DNA from: an uncultured bacterium
GTDB lineage: Bacteria; Patescibacteriota; Minisyncoccia; Minisyncoccales; UBA10102
Direction of reading: 5' to 3'
Assembly (NCBI GenBank): GCA_913054235.1
Contig: CAJXJI010000003.1
Span: 1 to 40,971 of the forward strand
Length of the DNA stretch: 40,971 nt
A model generated the notes under the pieces. The model was not told where the DNA came from. It searched no databases and saw only the letters and a program-made list of their open reading frames with translations. Within the stretch, counting starts at the first letter, position 1. The number at the start of each line of letters is the position of its first letter. A program made the translations under genes and the position numbers. Below, piece by piece: positions 18,376-27,155 of the stretch.

Positions 18376-18935
18376 TACTCAAGGAATTTTTCCTGCGATT
18401 TAAAGAGGGCGTCTATATCGGAGATTTCGTATATGGAGCAAACGATGGCATTGTTACCACGTTTGCTGTAGTGGCAGGAGCTGCAGGAGCACTCTTGTCT
18501 CCTGGTATTGTTATTATACTGGGGCTTGCTTCTTTGGGGGCAGATGCTTTTTCCATGGGAGCGTCCAATTTCTTGGCGATTCGTTCTGAGAAAGAATTGG
18601 AAAAAAAGAAAAAACTGCAAAACAACGAAGAGATTCCTAATAACGATATAGTTACTCCTTTGCAGCATGGAGGAGTAACGTTTACGGCTTTCATGGTAGC
18701 TGGAGCAGCTCCTCTTATTCCCTATCTATTTTTAATATCATCTTCTCAGCAGTTTTTAATTTCTAGCGTATTAGCTGCTGTTACTTTTTTTGTGGTAGGA
18801 AGTATTCGCACTCTTATCACTGGAGGGAATTTTATAAAAGCGGGATTGGAGATGCTGTTGATAGGAGGCGTTGCAGCAGGGTTTGCCTATGGAATTGGCT
18901 TTGGAGTAAAAACAATGTTTGGAATTATTCTGTAA
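18372..18935 (+). CDS. VIT1/CCC1 family Fe/Mn transporter
   Basis: YGANDGIVTTF, ADAFSMGASNFL; ATG at 18372 overlaps the upstream stop. Confidence 0.92.
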   Translation: MILKEFFLRFKEGVYIGDFVYGANDGIVTTFAVVAGAAGALLSPGIVIILGLASLGADAFSMGASNFLAIRSEKELEKKKKLQNNEEIPNNDIVTPLQHGGVTFTAFMVAGAAPLIPYLFLISSSQQFLISSVLAAVTFFVVGSIRTLITGGNFIKAGLEMLLIGGVAAGFAYGIGFGVKTMFGIIL

Positions 18936-18994
18936 CATGGAAATTATTACAAAAAATCCAGAATTGTATTCTTTTGAAAAGAAAAAGTGAATGT

Positions 18995-19735
18995 ATGAGT
19001 ATTGATTACTTCAAACATAGGTATGGATATGAGGTAGAGGGTATGTGGATGCCAAGGGTAACTGCGATTACCTCGCTCATATCAAGACCTTTTTTTGCTG
19101 GAAGCTATCGCTCAGCTGAGTGGGGGAACAAGGTACACTATGCTGTTGAAAAAATTCTAAAAGAAGAGATGCATGAGGCAGAAAAAGAAATTGAGCCTAC
19201 CCTTCGTGTTTTTGAACAATGGAGAAAGGAATACACCGTGCGTATTATAAGTCCAAAAGAGGATATTGAGTGTAAGGTATATGACTTTGAGAATGGGTAT
19301 GCAGGGACCGTAGACATGGTAGCTGAAGTACAGGGAACAAGAGGAATCGTAGATTTAAAAACTGGAAATGCCATAAGAGATGAGCATTCTTTGCAAACCG
19401 CAGCTTACCTTAATGCATATAATAAAGGGGTTCAAAAAAAGCTTCAGGCAAAAACTCGATGGATTTTGCGTATTGATCAATATGAAGAGTGTAAAGGATG
19501 TTTGGCTAAAAGGAGCATGAAAAGTGGGAAAGAGCGAATCTCTGGGGGGAATGAATGGTGTAATCATCAATGGTCTTACGCAAAAGGAGAAACCGAGTTT
19601 GTGGAACTTGAAGGAAAAGAAGAGGACTTTCAGGCATTTCTTGCAGCAAAGGAGGTGTGGGAGTGGTACCATCGAGCATTTTTAAGAAAAGTTGCAAACT
19701 ACCCCAAAAACGTTATGCAAAAAGTATTAATATAA
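18995..19735 (+). CDS. PD-(D/E)XK (RecB-family) nuclease
   Basis: PRVT, G..VH, E...Y, YAGTVD, IVDLKTG, QTAAY motifs; late CKGC...C-x-H. Confidence 0.82.
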   Translation: MSIDYFKHRYGYEVEGMWMPRVTAITSLISRPFFAGSYRSAEWGNKVHYAVEKILKEEMHEAEKEIEPTLRVFEQWRKEYTVRIISPKEDIECKVYDFENGYAGTVDMVAEVQGTRGIVDLKTGNAIRDEHSLQTAAYLNAYNKGVQKKLQAKTRWILRIDQYEECKGCLAKRSMKSGKERISGGNEWCNHQWSYAKGETEFVELEGKEEDFQAFLAAKEVWEWYHRAFLRKVANYPKNVMQKVLI

Positions 19736-19737
19736 TT

Positions 19738-20073
19738 ATGCAAAAGATTCTTGGATTTATCCTCCTTGCAGCAGGCATAGGTATTATTCTCTATTCGCTT
19801 TTTTCCTCATATCTGATTTTTACTGGAACTAATGATGCGCCAGAACTCTTTTTAGTTGCCAAGGAGGAATCTGTGGGCTCTTCTTTTTCTGTTGGCTCTC
19901 TTGAAGATTTACAAAATCAGCTTCCTGACTTGCTCGGGCAACAATTGGAGGGATTCCTGCCAGCAGGCAGTATTGCGCAAATGCTAAATTTTGCTGTTTG
20001 GTCTATGTTTGCAAGCCTCCTTTTATTTGGAGGTTCGCTCATAGCTGGCATTGGAGTAAAGCTCGTAAAATGA
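19738..20073 (+). CDS. Hypothetical two-TM membrane protein
   Basis: Hydrophobic N- and C-terminal helices; tightly packed in operon. Confidence 0.75.
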   Translation: MQKILGFILLAAGIGIILYSLFSSYLIFTGTNDAPELFLVAKEESVGSSFSVGSLEDLQNQLPDLLGQQLEGFLPAGSIAQMLNFAVWSMFASLLLFGGSLIAGIGVKLVK

Positions 20074-21314
20074 AATTAGTTGCTGATTTCCATATCCATT
20101 CTCGATTCGCAAGAGCTACCTCAAAAGAGATGAATCTTTGCAATCTTGATTTATGGGCTCAGAAGAAAGGTATTCAGGTTATGGGAACAGGAGACTTTAC
20201 GCACCCTTTATGGCTCAAAGAATTAAAAGAGGAACTGGAGCCAGCAGAGGAAGGATTGTATAAAAGAAAAGAAGGAGGCAAGACCAGATTTGTTTTTTCA
20301 AGTGAAATCAGTTGCATTTATAAAAAGGGAGGTAAAGTTAGAAAGGTTCATCTTCTCCTGATAGTTCCGTCTATAGTTGCAGTAGAGAAAATAAATACAC
20401 AACTTTCTTTAATAGGGAATCTCAAATCTGATGGTAGGCCTATTTTGGGGCTGGATGCAAAGGAGGCAGTAAGGATTGTACTGGAAGCTGATCCGTCTTC
20501 TTTGGTAGTCCCAGCTCATATTTGGACTCCATGGTTTGCTGTGTTTGGTTCAAAGTCAGGGTTTGATTCTTTAAAGGAGTGTTTTGATGAATACACAAAA
20601 TATATCTATGCAATTGAAACTGGATTATCCTCTGACCCTCAAATGAACTGGAGATTATCTGCACTGGATAACATTACTTTTTTAAGCAATTCAGACTCTC
20701 ATTCTTTGCCAAAGATTGGAAGAGAGGTAAATGTTTTTGATACAAAGTTAAGCTATCCTGCGCTGCGAGAGGCTATTGTAAAAAAAGATCCAAAGAAATT
20801 TCTGTATACTGTAGAGTTCTTTCCAGAAGAGGGAAAGTATCATTATGATGGCCATCGTTTATGTAATGTGGTAATGAGTCCAGAGGAATCAAAAAAGCAG
20901 AACAATCAGTGTCATGTGTGCAAGAGGCCGCTGACTATAGGAGTACTTAATCGTGTAGCAGAGTTGGCTGATCGAAGAGAAGGAGAAAAACCAAAGAATG
21001 TCATTCCCTACAAATCCCTTATTCCTCTGCAGGAAATTATTGCAGATGCTCAACATCAAGGGGTTGGTACAAAGCGAGGAAAAGTGGAGTATGAAAAACT
21101 CATTTTGCAGATTGGAACTGAGTTTACTGTCTTGCTGGATGCGACAGAAGAGGAATTGACCAAAGTAACTTCGCCGGAAATTGCACAAGGAATTTTGCGA
21201 GTGCGAGAGGGGAAAGTAAAGATTGAACCTGGGTATGATGGAGAGTATGGTAAAATTCAAATCTTTAATAAAGAGGAAGAGCAAGGTGTCGCCATGCAAA
21301 AGTCTTTGCTTTGA
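20070..21314 (+). CDS. Endonuclease Q family (PHP-fold; UvrD-associated N-terminal type) protein
   Basis: ADFHIHSRF, GTGDFTHP, AHIWTPW, ETGLSSD, NSDSHS, GKYH, CHVC, PGYDGEYG. Confidence 0.88.
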   Translation: MKLVADFHIHSRFARATSKEMNLCNLDLWAQKKGIQVMGTGDFTHPLWLKELKEELEPAEEGLYKRKEGGKTRFVFSSEISCIYKKGGKVRKVHLLLIVPSIVAVEKINTQLSLIGNLKSDGRPILGLDAKEAVRIVLEADPSSLVVPAHIWTPWFAVFGSKSGFDSLKECFDEYTKYIYAIETGLSSDPQMNWRLSALDNITFLSNSDSHSLPKIGREVNVFDTKLSYPALREAIVKKDPKKFLYTVEFFPEEGKYHYDGHRLCNVVMSPEESKKQNNQCHVCKRPLTIGVLNRVAELADRREGEKPKNVIPYKSLIPLQEIIADAQHQGVGTKRGKVEYEKLILQIGTEFTVLLDATEEELTKVTSPEIAQGILRVREGKVKIEPGYDGEYGKIQIFNKEEEQGVAMQKSLL

Positions 21315-21338
21315 CACTTTCCTTACTTTCTGTACAAT
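21311..21338 (+). promoter_or_regulatory. sigma70 promoter, probably leaderless mRNA
   Basis: TTGACA-16-TACAAT; ATG begins after a 6-nt gap. Confidence 0.65.
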
Positions 21339-21344
21339 GTTTTT

Positions 21345-22202
21345 ATGAAGGATATTTTAAAATACGAACCTATTCAGCGCTTTCTTAAAGGGGTAGGAGA
21401 GGATGTTAAGAAGTATTTTGGCAAGGATCCTGGTTGCATCATCTATCTTGAGCCCAATGGTATTTGGTATGCTTTAGCCTTACATGAATGGCTTATAGGG
21501 CAGAAGAAAAATATCACGTTGCTTGCCATGGAAGACGACGCAGCAAATTTAAAAGAGAAGGAGGTGCGAGGCAGAAAAGTACTGGTGGTCGATGGAGATG
21601 TTGTTACTGGCAAGGCGTATAAAAGATCTATGGAGGGATTACGTCAGAGAAAAGAAAACCTAAAAATCAAAGATATAAAATTTGCAACGTATATTGATCG
21701 GCAAAACTTAGCAGATTTCTCTATCTGGAAATATACACCAGAGGCTATCTGGCATTTGGATCGATTTGATGCAAAAGATCTGCAGATTATTTCTTTTTTG
21801 GCAATAGATGGAAGAATGTCTTTTGTTGAAATAGGTAAAAAAATTCGCTTAAGTGCAGTTTCGGTAAAAAATAGAGTCGCTTTGTTAAAAGAACGTGTGT
21901 TAAGAGTACGAGCTACTCTGAACATTGATCATCTTTATACTATAGCAGCGCATCTTCAGATTGAGGGAGATGAGAAGGCGACACCTCGTTTAATAGAGAG
22001 GATGGAGAGCTTGCAGGAGGTATATCACATAGCTAAGATTACAGGAAGGTATAATCTATTGATAAGTGTTCTGGGGAGAAATTTGGAGGATATTGAGCGT
22101 TTTGTAGAAAAAGAGATACGAAGAGCCCCTGGTATTAATCGCTTTGAAGTTTACATTGGAGAAATTCCTTCTCTTCCAAAAACTGTTCGACCAAGATTGT
22201 AG
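21345..22202 (+). CDS. Phosphoribosyltransferase-like domain fused to an Lrp/AsnC transcriptional regulator
   Basis: N-half GRKVLVVDGDVVTG (PRPP-loop-like); C-half DAKDLQII..L..DGRMSFVEIGKKIRLS...VKNRV HTH plus ITGRYNL RAM domain. Confidence 0.8.
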   Translation: MKDILKYEPIQRFLKGVGEDVKKYFGKDPGCIIYLEPNGIWYALALHEWLIGQKKNITLLAMEDDAANLKEKEVRGRKVLVVDGDVVTGKAYKRSMEGLRQRKENLKIKDIKFATYIDRQNLADFSIWKYTPEAIWHLDRFDAKDLQIISFLAIDGRMSFVEIGKKIRLSAVSVKNRVALLKERVLRVRATLNIDHLYTIAAHLQIEGDEKATPRLIERMESLQEVYHIAKITGRYNLLISVLGRNLEDIERFVEKEIRRAPGINRFEVYIGEIPSLPKTVRPRL

Positions 22203-22284
22203 GACAAAGGAAAGCCTTGACAGCATATCTTATTCTTCTATAGTAAAACATGGTGCTATACGTGCAGATAGAGAAAAGAGTTAC

Positions 22285-22318
22285 TTTCTAAAGGGTTTTC
22301 CAATAATCCCTTTAGAAA
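22285..22318. repeat. Perfect 11-bp inverted repeat in the greA upstream region
   Basis: TTTCTAAAGGG-12 nt-CCCTTTAGAAA. Confidence 0.75.
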
Positions 22319-22329
22319 CCTTACTACTA

Positions 22330-22358
22330 TTGACAAGACTATTTGGAAACTATACAAT
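22330..22358 (+). promoter_or_regulatory. sigma70 promoter upstream of greA (a second one at 22217-22244)
   Basis: TTGACA-17-TACAAT; upstream TTGACA-16-TATAGT. Confidence 0.65.
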
Positions 22359-22540
22359 AAACCCTGCATGAAAAATGCTCTAAAACAATGTTAATTATTA
22401 AAGATGTTTACAGGATTGATTTGCGGAAAAAAGATTTGTGGCTGGATTTGTTGACCAAAAGAAATTTTGATGAAGTAGTATCAATAAATCTGGTTCCTAT
22501 AAGGGGACTTGTTTTCATTTACACAAGATAATTTGGTACC

Positions 22541-23008
22541 ATGATGGAAGAAAAATATTACGTTACAAAACAAGGATTCAAAAAGATTGAGCAGGACTAT
22601 AAGGCGCTCTTGGAATTTAAGAAAAAAAAGATAACTGGGGATGAGATACCAAGTAGCTGGCATTCAGAGGAGGTAAATCCAGAGTACCTTTCTTTCCAGG
22701 AAGATATGAGTTTACTTGAAGCACGACTAGCAGAATACGAAATTATTCTTAAGAACACTGAAATTATCGTATCTCCTCCTAAAGCACAAAGAAACGAAGT
22801 GTATCTTGGAGCAAAGGTGCTTGTTGAAGTTGATGGAGAGAAAGACGAGTTCATTATTGTTGGTTCTATGGAGGCAAATCCAACCGCTGGCATGATTAGT
22901 AATGAATCCCCCGTGGGAAAAACTCTTATGGGAAGGGTGAAAGGAGAGACCGTGGTTGTTCATTCTTCTGTGAAAGTTGCCTATAAAATATTGAAGATTT
23001 CTTATTAA
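22541..23008 (+). CDS. greA: Transcription elongation factor GreA family
   Basis: YVT..G...I, N.EY, IVGSMEANP, ISNESPVGK.L.G. Confidence 0.88.
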   Translation: MMEEKYYVTKQGFKKIEQDYKALLEFKKKKITGDEIPSSWHSEEVNPEYLSFQEDMSLLEARLAEYEIILKNTEIIVSPPKAQRNEVYLGAKVLVEVDGEKDEFIIVGSMEANPTAGMISNESPVGKTLMGRVKGETVVVHSSVKVAYKILKISY

Positions 23009-23085
23009 TGTGGTATAGAGAAAGACGCACCTTTCATCGTTGAGAAGCTTTATGCCCCTTGGCTTAAGCTAAAGGAGTGAAAGTT

Positions 23086-23679
23086 ATGAGCACCATAAAC
23101 TCTGTCAAGCATGTCAGGTTTCTTGATTTGCCGAAAGCAGATCAACAATTGGTGGAATTGGCAGCAGAGCAGGCAAATTATGCCTATAATCGTCTTCTGG
23201 GACGTTGGGCCGTTGGAGCAGCCATACGGATTCACCCCGATGGGGAGGAAAATTTCCGTGAAGCTCTACGAAGGCTGGGCGCAGAAAGAGTACGAAAAGG
23301 GATAGCTTGTATGGTCGGTGGGTCTAACGTGGAAGACCCAGACCAGATAGCTTTGTGCGAGTGCGGAGAGAAGGTGGCTCTAGCTGCAACCCAATCAATG
23401 GGTGTGGGCGATTACTGCGAAGCCATTGCAATCGTTGGGAAGCGAGAAGGGGAAGAGTTTGATTACATCGCTCTTTCTCCTTGTGATACTTGTCGGGGGC
23501 GAATAAGAGGCTATGGCCGACGCTCCGGCATGAACGAATGCTTTCCGATACTTTTGGCCCCTCGAGAGTTCAGGGAAGACGATGCGCGTGTGATTGTGAC
23601 TACTCTTGGGGAGCTCCAACGTGAAATTCCCTTTAACGTAGAGGGAATAGATATGAAACAACAGCTATACGTGGCGTAG
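23086..23679 (+). CDS. Divergent cytidine deaminase-like protein
   Basis: AY...VGAAI, GSNVE, C-G-E, PCDTCR zinc motif; AAGGAG SD before ATG 23086; visibly higher GC. Confidence 0.78.
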   Translation: MSTINSVKHVRFLDLPKADQQLVELAAEQANYAYNRLLGRWAVGAAIRIHPDGEENFREALRRLGAERVRKGIACMVGGSNVEDPDQIALCECGEKVALAATQSMGVGDYCEAIAIVGKREGEEFDYIALSPCDTCRGRIRGYGRRSGMNECFPILLAPREFREDDARVIVTTLGELQREIPFNVEGIDMKQQLYVA

Positions 23680-23697
23680 GTTTCTCAACACAAAGCA

Positions 23698-23729
23698 AAG
23701 GGCTTGCCGAAATATCGACAAGCCCTTTT
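23698..23729. terminator. Terminator (possibly bidirectional) between convergent genes
   Basis: AAGGGCTTG-CCGAAATATCGA-CAAGCCCTT followed by T-run. Confidence 0.75.
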
Positions 23730-24369
23730 ATATTTTCTTCAGTTCTCGTGCAAACTTTTTATCAATTTGTGCTAAAAGTTCTATTAGGGTCGGATTGGAA
23801 AGTGTTTCCTTCATTTGTTGCCACCAAGAAATAATGGGAAATCTTTTGTCTTGTTTCCAATATTCCAGTGCTTGAAGAAAGTTTTCTGCCATATGGAGTT
23901 GGTATACAAGCCTCGCTTCTTTTGAAGTGCCAGTGCGATATTCTTGCCATATTTGTTGGATTTCACGAGCAACAGCAGGAGCAAGGCGTTTCGTTAGCTT
24001 TTTGAGGGCTGCATGCTCCTTTCTTTCACTCTCCTTGAAAAACTGAAGTTTTTCTTTTTGTGGAAGACGCACCCATTTTCGGTATATCTCTTTAAGGTTT
24101 GCCTTCTTATATTTTTTGAGAATTGGATCGTAAGGAGTAATATCACCAGCATATCCCCTTGCAAGGTCGTGAATAAGTACCATTTTTATGGCCTTACCCG
24201 AGTTTAAAGGAGGGACGCTGATCATGCAACAAGTCCATGCCATGAGTGCTTCTCGGAAGCTGTGCTCTCCTATAAGGGCGGGATCTTTGATTTTGCGCAA
24301 AACAAGACCCTTCTGGGGAAGGTTTTTAATCTTTCCAATTTCGGTAAAAAAAGTAAGGATATCTTTCAT
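23728..24369 (-). CDS. HD-domain protein (YfbR/5'-deoxynucleotidase-like)
   Basis: K..P.KG, EHSFR, IHDLA..YAGDITP, W.EY....S.EAR. Confidence 0.82.
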   Translation of the reverse strand: MKDILTFFTEIGKIKNLPQKGLVLRKIKDPALIGEHSFREALMAWTCCMISVPPLNSGKAIKMVLIHDLARGYAGDITPYDPILKKYKKANLKEIYRKWVRLPQKEKLQFFKESERKEHAALKKLTKRLAPAVAREIQQIWQEYRTGTSKEARLVYQLHMAENFLQALEYWKQDKRFPIISWWQQMKETLSNPTLIELLAQIDKKFARELKKI

Positions 24370-24429
24370 TGTTCTTTTTCTGTATAGCATTCTAGGAAAA
24401 AATGTAAAGAAAGGGTATAATTTTAGATT

Positions 24430-25431
24430 ATGAAACGACTCTTGGCATTTGTTATATTCCTTGTGCTGGGAATTATTTTATTTTCCAGTGTGATGCAAGC
24501 TGTGGGGTGGAATGAGGTATGGAGCGCTATCCAGAAATTTTGGGGAGGAAGGGGAGTGCTACTCTTTATTCTCACTCTCTTAATGCTTTCCTTGGGAGCG
24601 GTGCGCTGGAGGGAAATTCTGCGCTACCAGGGATACCAAGTTCCACTCCTTTCTTTGCTTAAGCAATACTTTGCGGGGTTTAGTCTTTCTTTTTTCTTTC
24701 CCATGGTGTTTTTTGGAAATGAGTTGTTTCGTTCCTATGCTCTTTTGGAGTTTCATAAAGTTCCTTTGCCGCGCGCTATTGTTTCTGTGGCTATAGAGCG
24801 GTTCTTGGACGCAACCGCCTATATTTTGTTTTTGGGGATTGGAATTGGATTCCTCCTCATATCAAAAAGTGTCCTTATCTCTTCATTTTTTTGGTGGATT
24901 CTCTTGGGTGCTGGAGTATTGGCTATGGCTCTTGTCTTCTTCTATTTTAAATCACATCGAAAGGAGAGTATCGTTAGAATGTTTTTTCCTCGTATTGCAG
25001 GAACCAACGGGTTTTTAGAAATGGAGCAAGAACTTCTCCACTTTTTTCGTTTGCGAAATCGGATATTTTGGGAAGGGCTGTTTCTTTCCTTTGCTAAAGC
25101 GTCTTTTACCTTGCTTCGCACCTTTGTTCTTGTAGCATTATTGGGGGAGTTCATTGGCTTTTTCCCGGCTATAGCTATTACTGGGTTTAGCTTCCTTTCT
25201 TTGCTGATCCCGATCCCAGGGCAACTAGGTAGCCATGAAGCATTACAGATTCTCGTGTTTCAATCTCTTGGTTTAGCATCGCATACCGGGGCAGCTTTTG
25301 CGTTTGTAGTTCGAGCAGTAGAAATTGTGGTGGCTATCGGTGGCTTAATTCTATTTTTGCATTTAGGAATTTCTTTACTAAAGCGTGCAGTGCTTAATAA
25401 GGCAGAACATATGTTTCAAAAATTCTTTTGA
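24430..25431 (+). CDS. Lysylphosphatidylglycerol synthase TM region / flippase-like (UPF0104) protein
   Basis: RW..IL, G.E..R, ER..D, PIPGQLGSHE, R; multiple TM segments. Confidence 0.85.
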   Translation: MKRLLAFVIFLVLGIILFSSVMQAVGWNEVWSAIQKFWGGRGVLLFILTLLMLSLGAVRWREILRYQGYQVPLLSLLKQYFAGFSLSFFFPMVFFGNELFRSYALLEFHKVPLPRAIVSVAIERFLDATAYILFLGIGIGFLLISKSVLISSFFWWILLGAGVLAMALVFFYFKSHRKESIVRMFFPRIAGTNGFLEMEQELLHFFRLRNRIFWEGLFLSFAKASFTLLRTFVLVALLGEFIGFFPAIAITGFSFLSLLIPIPGQLGSHEALQILVFQSLGLASHTGAAFAFVVRAVEIVVAIGGLILFLHLGISLLKRAVLNKAEHMFQKFF

Positions 25432-25438
25432 TATATTT

Positions 25439-27154
25439 ATGCAGATAAAAAATAAAGAACTTAGTTATCTTTTTTCTCAACTTGCGCTCTATTTTGAGAT
25501 ACAAGGAGTTCCCTTTAAGCCGCAAGCTTTTTTGAAGGTTAAAGAGACCTTGGAGACGCTCAAGGAAGATGTAGAAAAGATATATCAAAAAGAGGGTTTT
25601 GGAGGATTGGAAAATATTCCTGGAGTGGGAAAAGGCATTGCAGGAAAAATAGAAGAGTATTTAAAAACCGGAGAAATACAAGAGCTCCAGGTGTATAGAA
25701 AAAAAATGCCCGTGAATATTGAGGAGTTAACTTTGGTGGAAGGCATTGGTCCAAAAATGATAAAGGAGTTGTGGGAACATCTTAAGATAAAGAATCTTGA
25801 AGAGTTTGAAAGGGCAGCAAAAAAAGGAAAGATAGCAAAGCTTCCTTTGTTTGGAGAAAAGAAACAGCAAAATATTCTTGAGGCTATTTCGTTTCTTAAA
25901 AAGTCTCAAGGAAGACAATTGCTCGCAAATATATATCCCATTGCAAAAAGATATGAAGAGGAACTTAAAGAGTCAGGACTGGTAAAACAGGCAGTTGTTG
26001 TAGGTTCTTTGCGACGCATGAAAGAAACAGTTAAAGACATAGATATTTTAGTTACCACAAAAGAGCCAAAAAAAGCTATGGATTTTTTTGTGGACATGAT
26101 TCCCCATGAAAAAGTGTTGAGCAAAGGGAAAACCAGAATATGCTTGCAAAGCTACGAAGGTTTTGATGTAGGCATAAGAGTTGTTGTGCAAGAGGTGTTT
26201 GGAGCTGCTTCTTGGTACTTTACCGGATCAAAGGAGCATAACGTGAAAATAGAAGCCCTGGCAAAAAAGAAGGGATTTACATTGTCTGAGCGTGGATTGT
26301 ATAAGGGAAAAACCCTTATTCCCTGCGCAACAGAAGAGGAAGTGTATAAAGCTCTTGGCATGCAATATACAGAACCTGAGCTAAGAGAGGACCAAGGAGA
26401 AGTGGAAGCTGCCTTACAAAGAAATCTTCCAACCCTTATTCCCTATGACGCTCTAAAAGGAGATCTTCAGGTACAGACTAATTGGACCGATGGAAAGCAT
26501 TCCATTGAAGAAATGGCAAAAGAGGCAAAAAAACAAGGATTAGAATATATTGTGATTACCGATCATACCACAGACCTCTCTATAGCGAGAGGACTAGATG
26601 AAAAGAAACTTCTCTTGCATGCAAAGGAAATAGACAAAGTACAAAAGAAGGTTCCTGGCATTAAGATTTTAAAAGGTGCTGAGGTGAATATTCGAAAAGA
26701 TGGCGCTCTAGATATTGCAAATGAGGCGTTAAGCAAGCTAGATGTAGTAGGAGTTTCCGTGCATTCATATTTTAAGATGTCAAAAAAAGACATGACAGAG
26801 CGTATTGTTCGAGCAATAAAAAATCCGCATGTGGATATTCTCTTTCATCCCACTGGGCGTGTTGTGAAAAAGCGCGATGCCTATCAAGTAGATATAGATA
26901 AGATTATTGAAGTGGCAAAAAAGACTGGAACTGTTCTTGAAGTAAACGGGTCTTCTCGCATGGACTTAAAAGATGTATATGCTGCAAAAGCAGTGCAGGC
27001 AGGAGTAAAATTAGTGATTGATTCTGATGCACACCACAAAGATCACTTTCAGTTTTTAAAATACGGTATTGCTCAAGCCAGAAGGGGATGGGTGAAAGAA
27101 AGCGATGTGATAAACACTCTTTCTGAAAAACAATTATTAACCTTGCTTAAATAA
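25439..27154 (+). CDS. polX: Family X DNA polymerase with C-terminal PHP domain
   Basis: IPGVGKGIA, GIGPK, GSLRR, DIDIL, FTGSKEHN, PELRED, TDH, HPTGR, DSDAH. Confidence 0.94.
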   Translation: MQIKNKELSYLFSQLALYFEIQGVPFKPQAFLKVKETLETLKEDVEKIYQKEGFGGLENIPGVGKGIAGKIEEYLKTGEIQELQVYRKKMPVNIEELTLVEGIGPKMIKELWEHLKIKNLEEFERAAKKGKIAKLPLFGEKKQQNILEAISFLKKSQGRQLLANIYPIAKRYEEELKESGLVKQAVVVGSLRRMKETVKDIDILVTTKEPKKAMDFFVDMIPHEKVLSKGKTRICLQSYEGFDVGIRVVVQEVFGAASWYFTGSKEHNVKIEALAKKKGFTLSERGLYKGKTLIPCATEEEVYKALGMQYTEPELREDQGEVEAALQRNLPTLIPYDALKGDLQVQTNWTDGKHSIEEMAKEAKKQGLEYIVITDHTTDLSIARGLDEKKLLLHAKEIDKVQKKVPGIKILKGAEVNIRKDGALDIANEALSKLDVVGVSVHSYFKMSKKDMTERIVRAIKNPHVDILFHPTGRVVKKRDAYQVDIDKIIEVAKKTGTVLEVNGSSRMDLKDVYAAKAVQAGVKLVIDSDAHHKDHFQFLKYGIAQARRGWVKESDVINTLSEKQLLTLLK

Positions 27155-27155
27155 T

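Noticed and set aside
18995-19735. Cas4 or prophage marker
   Set aside because: No canonical Cas4 4-Cys Fe-S arrangement, and no cas1, repeats or other phage genes nearby.
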